From Cylindrospermopsis raciborskii Cr2010 (GTDB lineage Bacteria; Cyanobacteriota; Cyanobacteriia; Cyanobacteriales; Nostocaceae), in contig NZ_CP065936.1 of the NCBI RefSeq assembly GCF_003367075.2, forward strand, positions 930,001 through 962,000: a DNA stretch of 32,000 nucleotides. The letters run 5' to 3'. The translations under genes and the position numbers were made by a program. Of the stretch, positions 1 to 7,750 are shown one piece after another. Position 1 is the first letter of the stretch. Each line of letters starts with the position of its first letter. The notes under the pieces are model-generated. The model ran no database searches, was not told where the DNA came from, and worked only from the letters and a program-made list of their open reading frames with translations.

Positions 1-110
1 TTTATTCCGACTCTTTGGGTGCAAGGGGAAGTGATGCGGATACTTATATCAAAATGATGACAGTTAATACCAAAACTATTGTGATCGGTCTAACCGAAAC
101 GGTAAAATAA
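1..110 (+). CDS. 3' fragment of a metal (Zn/Mn-type, TroA/ZnuA-like) ABC transporter substrate-binding protein; the 5' part lies outside the window
   Basis: The frame is open from the window edge (codons from nt 3) to TAA at 108-110. It translates to YSDSLGARGSDADTYIKMMTVNTKTIVIGLTETVK, which resembles the conserved C-terminal end (DSL..G...TYI.MM..N...I) of cluster-9 metal-binding proteins. Recognition is from memory only. Confidence 0.5.
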   Translation, partial: YSDSLGARGSDADTYIKMMTVNTKTIVIGLTETVK

Positions 111-119
111 AGAACATGA

Positions 120-148
120 TTGACAAAAGTCCGAGAATCTAATATTAT
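120..148 (+). promoter_or_regulatory. Sigma70-type promoter candidate: TTGACA-N17-TATTAT
   Basis: TTGACA lies at 120-125, followed by an exact 17-nt spacer and TATTAT at 143-148. It sits directly after the stop codon of the upstream gene. No ORF follows for about 500 bp. Confidence 0.35.
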
Positions 149-165
149 TGTTTGCGGATTTCCCA

Positions 166-174
166 TGTTATAAT
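166..174 (+). promoter_or_regulatory. Extended -10 promoter candidate TGnTATAAT
   Basis: tgttataat at 166-174 matches the extended -10 consensus perfectly. It is the second promoter-like motif in tandem with the one at 120-148. Confidence 0.3.
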
Positions 175-650
175 TCTGGTGATGCTTTAATTGGTAAGGC
201 GTTAACAAAAAAATTTTTTTGCTCTGTACCGGATAAATCCAAAAACGGTTGAATGATTAACTAAAATCACACCGCGTCAAATACAGTACCAAATACAAAT
301 TATCAAAAAAGGTTTTGTTATATGTAGGCTCTTCTAAGGAGATGACGGCAGATATTTTGCAGTGTAAGTGGGTGAGTGGAATTAAATATAAGATCAACGT
401 AGGTTAGGTTGAAGTATGAAACCCAACACCCGCATGGGTCTCGTTCCTCCCTACTTAACTAGGAATGGAGCAGTGATTTATGAGTTTTCTTTAAAGGAGA
501 CCAACATAAAGCATTACCAATTCATTGGCTTTTTTGTATTGAAGAGAATGGAATTTACCATTTTGACTATGGATGATAGTAATATCAACTTAGATTAGGA
601 TAGGTTTTATTCTTCCTGGTGACCAAGGTTAAACGTTTGAATTTTTTTAA

Positions 651-1775
651 GTGTGGAGTGAAGGAAAAATTTCTGTGGACGCAAAATTATCTCCCAACCA
701 AGGATTGAGTATTTCCGGGATCGGGTTAGCATCGGTTTTAGCAGCAGCTATGACTTGTGCCACCCTAGTTGTAGATGGTCTAGGAAATAGGGCTTTTTGG
801 CAATCCAACTCTTTAACCATGCCATTTTTACTGAGTGCTTTGGGTAGTGCAGTAGCTGGTTTATGGTTTGTGCCACTGTTGCAAGCGTTAAAAACTGGGC
901 AAATTATTCGAGAAGATGGACCCAAGGCCCATTTAAAGAAGGCGGGTACTCCCACCATGGGTGGTGTATTTTTCATACCCGTGGCCCTGCTAGTAGCTTG
1001 TGTGCTTTCCAATTTTGCTAAAGATGTATTGGCTGTTTCCGCTTTAACACTTGCTTACGGAACCATAGGTTGGATAGACGATTGGCAAATCCTGCTGAGG
1101 AAATCCAACAAGGGTATATCCCCCAAAACAAAATTGATTTTACAAATTGTTTTTGCCATTGGTTTTTGTGTGTGGATGATTTTAAGGGGAGACTTTAGTA
1201 TAACAAATATAGTTTTGCCCTGGGTGGGTTTTTCTTTACCTTTAGGATTCATGTTTTGGCCCTTAGCTACCTTTGTGCTAGTCGCGGAAAGCAATGCTAC
1301 TAATTTGACTGATGGAGTTGATGGGTTAGCTGGGGGAACAGTGGCGATCGCCATTTTGGGTTTAGGAGCGTTGATTGCTCCCACCGCACCCAGTTTAATG
1401 ATCTTCTGTGCAGCGGTGAGTGGTAGTTGTCTGGGATTTTTAGCTCATAATCGCAATCCCGCTCGAGTTTTCATGGGTGACACTGGTTCCCTCGCTTTAG
1501 GCGGTGCTTTAGGTGCAGTGGCCCTTTTAACTAATAATTTGGTAGGACTGTTTATTTTAAGTGGAATATTTTTTGTAGAAACTCTATCTGTAATGGCACA
1601 GGTGAGTTACTACAAAGCAACTAAGGGACCGGATGGCAAGGGCAAGCGATTATTCAAGATGGCTCCTTTACACCATCATCTGGAATTATCTGGTTGGTCT
1701 GAATTGCAGGTGGTGGGCGTGTTTTATATGATTGGTGCGGTTTTGGCCAGTATGTGTCTAGCCTTAATCAAGTGA
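651..1775 (+). CDS. mraY: Phospho-N-acetylmuramoyl-pentapeptide transferase (MraY)
   Basis: 374-aa polytopic membrane protein carrying MraY motifs NATNLTDGVDGLAGG, HNRNPARVFMGDTGSLALGG and KMAPLHHHLE. The ORF starts at GTG 651. An in-frame GTG at 675, preceded by GAAGGA, is an equally plausible start. Confidence 0.95.
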   Translation: MWSEGKISVDAKLSPNQGLSISGIGLASVLAAAMTCATLVVDGLGNRAFWQSNSLTMPFLLSALGSAVAGLWFVPLLQALKTGQIIREDGPKAHLKKAGTPTMGGVFFIPVALLVACVLSNFAKDVLAVSALTLAYGTIGWIDDWQILLRKSNKGISPKTKLILQIVFAIGFCVWMILRGDFSITNIVLPWVGFSLPLGFMFWPLATFVLVAESNATNLTDGVDGLAGGTVAIAILGLGALIAPTAPSLMIFCAAVSGSCLGFLAHNRNPARVFMGDTGSLALGGALGAVALLTNNLVGLFILSGIFFVETLSVMAQVSYYKATKGPDGKGKRLFKMAPLHHHLELSGWSELQVVGVFYMIGAVLASMCLALIK

Positions 1776-1806
1776 TTTTTCTAACACCTGCCTAAACATT
1801 CAAAAT

Positions 1807-1834
1807 GCCACCCATTTCCTAGGGTGGTTTTTTT
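1807..1834 (+). terminator. Intrinsic terminator downstream of mraY
   Basis: Stem CCACCC (1808-1813) pairs with GGGTGG (1822-1827) around an 8-nt loop, followed directly by T7 (1828-1834). It lies 32 nt after the mraY stop. Confidence 0.7.
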
Positions 1835-1873
1835 GGTAAGCAAACGGATTGATATGGAATAATAAATATAAGT

Positions 1874-2320
1874 ATGGACACAATAGAGGACAATGTGATG
1901 GTGGAAGAAACAAACCAAAAACCCGTAGCTAAAAAAGAAAAACCCCCAGCAGTGGAAGATAAGCCATTTGAGGAGTTTATGCAAGAACACTACTTACCTG
2001 CTTTACAAAAAGCGATCGCCCAGGAAGGTATTTCTGACGTAAAATTGACCTTTGCCAAGCAGAAATATGCCATTGTTGGTTTTGATTCTTCCCAGGAGTG
2101 TTGGCAAATCATTGGTTCTTGGCAAAACGGGTCTAAACAGTTTAATGTTTACTTTCCCGACCAAGACATTCAAGGTAAAAAGGGGTTTTCCTGTCATGAA
2201 GGGAAAAAACCCAGCACGCTGGAGTCCTTCTTAATAGACGAGCGTAAGATCACCCTTGACTTGCTGGTATCCCGTCTAGTTTACCGTCTCAACGGTCAAA
2301 AATGGCTAGGTAGGAACTAG
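1874..2320 (+). CDS. Conserved cyanobacterial hypothetical protein (DUF2996-like)
   Basis: 148-aa ORF with a K/E-rich N-terminus followed by a globular domain. The DUF2996 assignment is from memory of the family and is not verified. Confidence 0.6.
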   Translation: MDTIEDNVMVEETNQKPVAKKEKPPAVEDKPFEEFMQEHYLPALQKAIAQEGISDVKLTFAKQKYAIVGFDSSQECWQIIGSWQNGSKQFNVYFPDQDIQGKKGFSCHEGKKPSTLESFLIDERKITLDLLVSRLVYRLNGQKWLGRN

Positions 2321-2341
2321 TTCCCACTCTAATTATAATTA

Positions 2342-2375
2342 TAGAGACGTTGCAGTTGAATACCCAACGTCTCTA
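2342..2375. terminator. Perfect 11-bp hairpin between convergent genes (possible bidirectional terminator)
   Basis: TAGAGACGTTG (2342-2352) pairs with CAACGTCTCTA (2365-2375) around a 12-nt loop. It sits between the + gene ending at 2320 and the - gene ending at 2388. The flanks are A/T-rich but there is no clean U-tract. Confidence 0.45.
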
Positions 2376-2387
2376 AACTATTAAGAA

Positions 2388-3659
2388 CTAAACTGTGAGA
2401 GATTGGGGATCGGTTTCAATCAACTTTGCCAAATCCTGGAGGAAAGCAGCTGCATGGGCACCGTAAATAATTCGGTGGTCACAGGTAATATTCACCTTCA
2501 TTTGTTGTCTGAGAGCAAATGAACCATCTCCAGTAGCTACAACTTGGGAACGCCCAGCTCCAACTGCTAAAATGGCACCTTGTCCCGGTGGCAAAATCGC
2601 ATCAAAGGTATCCACACCGAACATACCCAAATTAGAGATAGTAAATGTACCCGTGCTGTACTCCTCGGGTTGCAGTTGTTTAGCTCTAGCTCTATCTACT
2701 AAAGATTTCCAGTTCCGCGACAGGGAGTAAATATCTATTTGATCCGCATTCTGTAAAACCGGGGTAATTAAACCACCATCATCCATGGCCACAGCTACAG
2801 AAACATTAATCTGGGGGTGATGGACAATTCCTTGTTCTGAATAACTGGCATTAAGTAAAGGATGTTTTTGTAAGGTAACTGCTACAGCTTTAGCTAAAAG
2901 GGCTGTCATGGTTACGCCCTTGGATTTGATTTGCTTGTACAGCTTATCTAGACCATCAGTGGTAATGGTATAGCCAACATGAAATGTAGGTACAGATAGG
3001 CTGGACATCATGTTACGTACCACGGCATTCTGTAAAGTAGTTAATGGTACTACTTGACCAGAATTAACCACGGATGGTACTGATTTTGTTGGTATAGCTG
3101 GTGGGGTAGATGGAATAGTAGGAATGGTACTGATAACAGGGCTAGTGGGTTGTTTGCCCACAGCAGCTTCTATGTCTCCCGCAATGATTCGACCATAAGG
3201 ACCACTACCTTGGAGATTATTTAAATCAACCTTGAGTTCCTTAGCCAGCTTACGAGCGCGAGGAGAAACCACTAACCTACCCTGTTGATGATTTGACCCG
3301 TTTTGGGAAACTGTTATAGGTACTGGAACCACAGAGGCACTTACCGGTGCTACTGGGGAAGTGGGTGTCACCGCACTAGCTCCACCTCCAAGAATCTTAG
3401 CACTGGTAATTTCTTCTTGGGTTTCGGCCACATAAGCGATCGCTGCGCCAACGGGAGCAGTTTCACCAGCTTGAACGAGAATATGGGCTAGAAATCCTTC
3501 ATAAAAAGACTCTACATCCATATCAGCCTTATCTGACTCAACAACCACCACTGTTTCACCTTTTTCCACTTTATCTCCTGGTGATTTGACCCAAGAGACT
3601 ATTTTTCCTTCCGTCATGGTGGAACTTAGGGCTGGCATAAATACTTCATGAATGCTCAT
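2388..3659 (-). CDS. pdhC: Dihydrolipoamide acetyltransferase, E2 component of pyruvate dehydrogenase
   Basis: It has a lipoyl domain with VESDKADMDVE, an A/P/S/T-rich linker, an E3-binding domain (VSPRARKLAKELKVDL) and the catalytic motif DHRIIYGAHAA. The ORF is open to 3755, but homologous E2 N-termini begin at MSIHEVFMPALSSTMTEGKIV, i.e. ATG at 3659. Confidence 0.93.
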   Translation of the reverse strand: MSIHEVFMPALSSTMTEGKIVSWVKSPGDKVEKGETVVVVESDKADMDVESFYEGFLAHILVQAGETAPVGAAIAYVAETQEEITSAKILGGGASAVTPTSPVAPVSASVVPVPITVSQNGSNHQQGRLVVSPRARKLAKELKVDLNNLQGSGPYGRIIAGDIEAAVGKQPTSPVISTIPTIPSTPPAIPTKSVPSVVNSGQVVPLTTLQNAVVRNMMSSLSVPTFHVGYTITTDGLDKLYKQIKSKGVTMTALLAKAVAVTLQKHPLLNASYSEQGIVHHPQINVSVAVAMDDGGLITPVLQNADQIDIYSLSRNWKSLVDRARAKQLQPEEYSTGTFTISNLGMFGVDTFDAILPPGQGAILAVGAGRSQVVATGDGSFALRQQMKVNITCDHRIIYGAHAAAFLQDLAKLIETDPQSLTV

Positions 3660-3770
3660 AATGGTGGCTTTAGAATCAATTTGGTAATTTTTTGAGTGGA
3701 ATTTAACGTATGTTCCCAAATCAAATTGTAGCTCACCAAGGGAATTTTTCGCCAAACATTTAGGTCAGGG

Positions 3771-3804
3771 TGGAACTTAACTGGGACTTAACGGGAACTT
3801 AAAC
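3771..3804. repeat. Three tandem copies of an 11-bp unit (TGGAACTTAAC / TGGGACTTAAC / GGGAACTTAAAC)
   Basis: The GGRACTTAAC cores start at 3772, 3783 and 3794, an exact 11-bp phase. The array lies in the divergent intergenic region between pdhC (start 3659) and the + gene starting at 3944. Confidence 0.8.
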
Positions 3805-3943
3805 TTGGTGTGAAATATCCATATAGTAAATTGTATGGTGCAATGGGTGGTTCAATAATGGGAGATCCTAATTGACTTATAGTCGTGTTGGGCCACCCAC
3901 TCTGATACAAGTTACTGTCTTCCGCTTTCTCACACACACAACC

Positions 3944-4468
3944 ATGTTAGCAAGACTCAAGTTTTTTTTAATTTTTGCCCTAGGTACTTTCATTAGTACT
4001 GCTGGACTTTATTGGATTCAGCATCAACCTTCTATAAGGTTGACCCTATCCGCCCATGGACAGCCACAAATAATCCCTAAGCAAATAAATCCCGATGAAG
4101 CACGAATAAACTTGGAACGTTCTGATTACCACATAATTCCTTTAGAAACAGTAAATTCTCTTTTGATAGGAAGTGACCCTGCTACTATAGCTTTAAATAT
4201 GATTGATGAAGGTAAAGAGTCTCATAAAAAAATACAAGTGCAGGTAGTGTATCCCCAACCTAATCAGGCCTTGGTTACAATTATCAAACCCTCACCAGCT
4301 AAAAATAGCGTGGTCAACACCACTAAATATCGTGTTGAAATGAGTCGCTTTGGGCGATCGCTGTTAGTAAATTCACCACAAGTATGGGAGGTGATCTGGG
4401 CTGGATCCCAAAGAGATTGTTTTTCTCAGGATCTAACCCAGGATGATCTTAGTCAGGACTGTGATTAG
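3944..4468 (+). CDS. Hypothetical protein with N-terminal signal-anchor/TM helix
   Basis: The ORF opens at TTG 3872, but ATG 3944 (MLARLKFFLIFALGTFISTAGLYWI) gives a typical N-terminal hydrophobic helix. I recognise no family. Confidence 0.6.
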   Translation: MLARLKFFLIFALGTFISTAGLYWIQHQPSIRLTLSAHGQPQIIPKQINPDEARINLERSDYHIIPLETVNSLLIGSDPATIALNMIDEGKESHKKIQVQVVYPQPNQALVTIIKPSPAKNSVVNTTKYRVEMSRFGRSLLVNSPQVWEVIWAGSQRDCFSQDLTQDDLSQDCD

Positions 4469-4914
4469 ACTTCACCACGAATCTCTTCAATCACACCATC
4501 ACGAAGAACGATTTCAACCTGCATTTTACTAATCAGATTATCACCAGTTTTCACCTGGAAAAAACTTTCCATTTGAAACTGATTGACCTCCTGCTCCAAA
4601 TCCAAATACTGTACTTGCTGAAGGTTTTGCAATAATTGGTTCTTCTGTTCCAACAACTCGCTTTTCTTCTGGTTAATTTGTAGTTGAACATTGTCGATTT
4701 GTTGTAGAGTTTGGGGACCGGGGGGTTGCAGACTCTGTTTTTGAATAACACTAATTGTTCTTTGTCCTTCCATGTCAAGTTGTTGCAACTGCTGATCTGT
4801 TTGGTTGATCTGTTCTTGCAATTGTTGTTGTACTTCCTCTTTCCATAGTGGAGTTACAATCACCTTCACGTTAACAACACGTTTGAGCATTAATTCCAGA
4901 TTCGATAGTTCCAT
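4465..4914 (-). CDS. Q-rich coiled-coil protein, YlqD-like
   Basis: 149 aa, with N-terminal VKVIVTPLWKEEVQQQL followed by a long Q/L-rich heptad region. The YlqD family assignment is from memory. The stop codon overlaps that of the convergent gene at 4465-4468. Confidence 0.6.
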   Translation of the reverse strand: MELSNLELMLKRVVNVKVIVTPLWKEEVQQQLQEQINQTDQQLQQLDMEGQRTISVIQKQSLQPPGPQTLQQIDNVQLQINQKKSELLEQKNQLLQNLQQVQYLDLEQEVNQFQMESFFQVKTGDNLISKMQVEIVLRDGVIEEIRGEV

Positions 4915-4963
4915 AAAGATTATAGGTTTACCCTAACTAGTTTGTAATTGTTTTTAATTAGAC

Positions 4964-6991
4964 CTACTTGACAAACATGCTGTCAATAGTATCACCATAC
5001 TTTTGTGCCACAACATGACGACGAATTTTCATGGTTTGGGTCATCATGCCATTTTCCATGGAAAAGGGTTCCGGGATTAGCTTAAAGGGCCCAATGCGGT
5101 CATCAACCCTATAACCTGGACGATTTTGCACCTCCCTATTTAATTCCTTCCGATATAAATCCTGAATTATTTTGTTCTCTAAGTCAATTTTTTGACCGAT
5201 TTTTTGATCTTCATTTTCCGTGGAATCATCCTGAGTAGGTAAATTGATATTCTCAACTTCCGCCCATTTTTCCAAAGCATCCAGGTTAGGAACTATTAAA
5301 GCACCAAGACTGCGCTGATCTTGTCCTACCAGCATAATTTGGTCAATATAGGGCGATCGCAAGCAAGCATCTTCTATAGGTTGGGGTTCAATATTTTCAC
5401 CATTGCTTAATACAATAGTATCCTTAGCTCTACCAGTTAGCACCAAGTCATTTTCAGGTGTTACCCAACCTAAATCACCGCTATTAAACCAACCATCATT
5501 GTCAATAACCTGTCTTGTAGCTTCCAAATTCTGATAATAGCCCTCCATCACCTGGGGACCTTTAAGTAGAACTAAGCCAATTTTCCCTGGAGATAGAGGG
5601 TCTTTTGTTTCTTGGTGAACTATCTTCACCTGAGTTCCTGCTATTGGTTGTCCCGAGGATCCGCGTAAATTTCTCCAGATACGACGAGCATTAGTGACCG
5701 GTGAAGTTTCCGTCAATCCATAACCCTGTAAAATCTCCACCCCGATAATTTCAAAGAAGTTGTCTATATGTCTAGGCAGTGCCCCACCTCCACTAATCAC
5801 CTGCTTGATTTTTCCTCCTGTAGCTTCTCGCACTTTAGCATAAACTAACTTTTCTCCCAATATTTGTAATGGTGATAAGACTAATTGCTTAATTTTTGCT
5901 GCCCATCTTATCCATTCTGAAGCACCAATATGCTCTAAACTTAATCCCTGGGCAACACGTCGAGCGAAAATATATTCTTGACCCATTTTCAGCAAGAATT
6001 GAATTAGTTTTTGTTTTTTCACTGGTTGGCTACGGAACTGCTTTTGCACCCCTTCATAAATTGACTCCCACAGTCTGGGCACGGCAATCATAAAGTTAGG
6101 TCTAAACCTTTTTAGGTCTTCTTTAATCATTCTCAAATTTGTATATATTTGTGTACAACCTTGAGAAAGTAAAAAATATTCGCCACTGCGCTCATAACTG
6201 TGCCAGGTTGGTAAAATGCTTAAAGCCACATCACCAGGTTGGGGTTGAACTATAGTTCCCAGGGTTTGAACCTGATGTAATAAGTTGTTATGGGAAAGCA
6301 TAACACCCTTGGGTTTACCCGTAGTTCCGGAAGTGTAAATCAAGGTTGCTAAAACATGACCAGCAATTGTGACAGGAGTCAAAGTATGATCATTAGCCAG
6401 ATTTAACAGCTGAGTAAAATTCATCACCGAATAGGTTTCTATAATAGGCAAGGTATTCCACTCAGGCATATCCGTTTCATCAGAAAGTAAAATGACCAGC
6501 TTAATTGGTAGCTCAGCCAAATCAGGTTCTAGCTTATTTAACGTTTTAACATCTTCAACTACCACAACCGTACTACCACTGTGGGAGATAATGTATAGTA
6601 ATTCATTCTTTTCAGCTTGGGAGCTACGAACTGCATTCACTGCTCCAGCAGTCATAATACCTTGGTCTGCAATAAACCAACGGGGACTATTATCTGCTAT
6701 GAGAGCAATGCGTGGGGGGTGGGGATCATCATCATTTTTGTTTACCCCCAAGACCTGTAAACCTATGGCAAAACGCTGGATTTGATCCCACAATTGGGAG
6801 TAGGTGATTTTGACCTCTGGTTTGCTATGGGGGTTATATAGAGCAGTGATATCGCGAAAATGTTGAGCTGCTAATGGCCATATTTCTGGTAAGGAATGGA
6901 TACCAGAATAACTAGTCAAATCTTGTATTGCCTTTTTTTCTCGATCTGTAAAGGTAGATAAAAAAGGAGGCTGAAGTTGCATAATTGACAA
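4964..6991 (-). CDS. aas: AMP-forming long-chain acyl-CoA/acyl-ACP synthetase (cyanobacterial Aas type)
   Basis: 675 aa with the adenylate-forming motifs YTSGTTGKPKGV, GYGLTETS and SGDLG. The size and N-terminal region resemble the cyanobacterial acyl-ACP synthetase class. Confidence 0.85.
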   Translation of the reverse strand: MSIMQLQPPFLSTFTDREKKAIQDLTSYSGIHSLPEIWPLAAQHFRDITALYNPHSKPEVKITYSQLWDQIQRFAIGLQVLGVNKNDDDPHPPRIALIADNSPRWFIADQGIMTAGAVNAVRSSQAEKNELLYIISHSGSTVVVVEDVKTLNKLEPDLAELPIKLVILLSDETDMPEWNTLPIIETYSVMNFTQLLNLANDHTLTPVTIAGHVLATLIYTSGTTGKPKGVMLSHNNLLHQVQTLGTIVQPQPGDVALSILPTWHSYERSGEYFLLSQGCTQIYTNLRMIKEDLKRFRPNFMIAVPRLWESIYEGVQKQFRSQPVKKQKLIQFLLKMGQEYIFARRVAQGLSLEHIGASEWIRWAAKIKQLVLSPLQILGEKLVYAKVREATGGKIKQVISGGGALPRHIDNFFEIIGVEILQGYGLTETSPVTNARRIWRNLRGSSGQPIAGTQVKIVHQETKDPLSPGKIGLVLLKGPQVMEGYYQNLEATRQVIDNDGWFNSGDLGWVTPENDLVLTGRAKDTIVLSNGENIEPQPIEDACLRSPYIDQIMLVGQDQRSLGALIVPNLDALEKWAEVENINLPTQDDSTENEDQKIGQKIDLENKIIQDLYRKELNREVQNRPGYRVDDRIGPFKLIPEPFSMENGMMTQTMKIRRHVVAQKYGDTIDSMFVK

Positions 6992-7137
6992 ATGGTATAC
7001 AGAAATAGTTTATGATGGCATATTATATAATAGTGGGGTAGTGGTTTTTGGGTGGAAATCTAAACTAATGAAGGAGGTGATTAATAATAGTTATAATTGG
7101 GGGGCTATTAGCCAGTATTGTTAGTGCTGTTATTTGC

Positions 7138-7344
7138 TTGATTTTACCCAAATTTTTATCTTTGTTCTCATCTGGAAAAAATAATCATCTTGAGAGGGAT
7201 AGAAACCACAGTGGAATCACGAGTTTTCCTTATTGTACAGTTTATAAATTAACAGGTAGTCAATGGTGCAAGTTTAGTCCCCAGTTTTGTGAGCGATGTT
7301 CTTCTTACCGGGAACATGAGAAACTGAAAAATTCATGGAAGTAG
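7138..7344 (+). CDS. Small ORF A: putative single-TM, Cys-rich small protein; start unresolved (possibly frameshifted or a pseudogene)
   Basis: The frame is open from 7081 (after TGA at 7078-7080) and reads LIIVIIGGLLASIVSAVICLILPKFLSLF..., a TM helix. It continues with C-x10-C-x6-C-x2-C. The only canonical start in frame is TTG 7138, in the middle of the helix. ATG 7068 plus the AAGGAGG region lie in the +1-shifted frame. The TM core resembles ORF B at 7543. Confidence 0.25.
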   Translation: MILPKFLSLFSSGKNNHLERDRNHSGITSFPYCTVYKLTGSQWCKFSPQFCERCSSYREHEKLKNSWK

Positions 7345-7542
7345 TGACACAAAAACTCGTAAATCCTTCAATTAGGGACATTCCAACCTACATAGCTCAA
7401 ATCATTTAATTTACTTATAGGTCATAAAAGAAATTTAAAACTAAATGGTTGGTCTAATCTTAGAATTATGGTTGATGATTAAATAATGTCTAAATTTTAG
7501 GCAAATCGAGGCAATAAAGACCAAATTAAGGGGGAATCATCT

Positions 7543-7725
7543 ATGAGTCTAATGGATGTCGTCACTTTTACGTTATTCAACGCAGTTGCTTGCATGGTTT
7601 TGCCTAAACTGATCTCAATTGTGTTTCCCATTCATAAGAACAGAATAGAGAGCAAACCAAAACCCCCAAATCCCATACTGCAAGGGAAGCAGTACAAGAG
7701 ATGGCTTTTCCTACTCCAACAGTAG
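7543..7725 (+). CDS. Small ORF B: putative 60-aa single-TM protein with a basic tail
   Basis: The ATG is preceded by AAGGGGGAA 8 nt upstream. The product MSLMDVVTFTLFNAVACMVLPKLISIVF is a TM helix followed by a K/P-rich tail. It shares the motif AV.C..LPK..S with ORF A. Confidence 0.35.
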   Translation: MSLMDVVTFTLFNAVACMVLPKLISIVFPIHKNRIESKPKPPNPILQGKQYKRWLFLLQQ

Positions 7726-7750
7726 TTTTTAAAAACTGTGGCTTAAAACC

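Noticed and set aside
416-598. 60-aa + ORF in the region upstream of mraY
   Set aside because: It has a poor start context and no recognisable family. Its 5' end (MKPNTRMGLVPPY) is translated from a hairpin-like element (GGTTAGGTT...AACCCAAC, 402-427). That element resembles a short dispersed repeat I recall from Nostocales genomes, and I cannot verify this without the whole genome.
647-1384. Minus-strand ORFs 647-1012 (121 aa) and 1055-1384 (109 aa)
   Set aside because: Both are fully antisense to the well-supported mraY gene. Their sequences are low-complexity and non-homologous-looking, as expected for shadow ORFs.
1781-1990. 69-aa minus-strand ORF
   Set aside because: It overlaps the mraY terminator and the 5' end of the + gene at 1874. 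Its composition is hydrophobic and low-complexity, typical of an A/T-rich antisense frame.
3660-3755. N-terminal 32-aa extension of the E2 (pdhC) ORF
   Set aside because: E2 lipoyl domains begin at the MSIHEVFMPALS-type sequence, and the extension has no homology-like features. It is treated as 5' UTR.
4551-4778. 75-aa alternative-frame ORF inside the YlqD-like gene
   Set aside because: It lies on the same strand in an overlapping frame within a repetitive Q-codon-rich region, which makes it a frame artefact.
7724-7737. 14-bp A/T-only palindrome AGTTTTTAAAAACT between small ORF B and the recQ stop
   Set aside because: It has no loop and no G/C pairs, so it is too weak to call a terminator.
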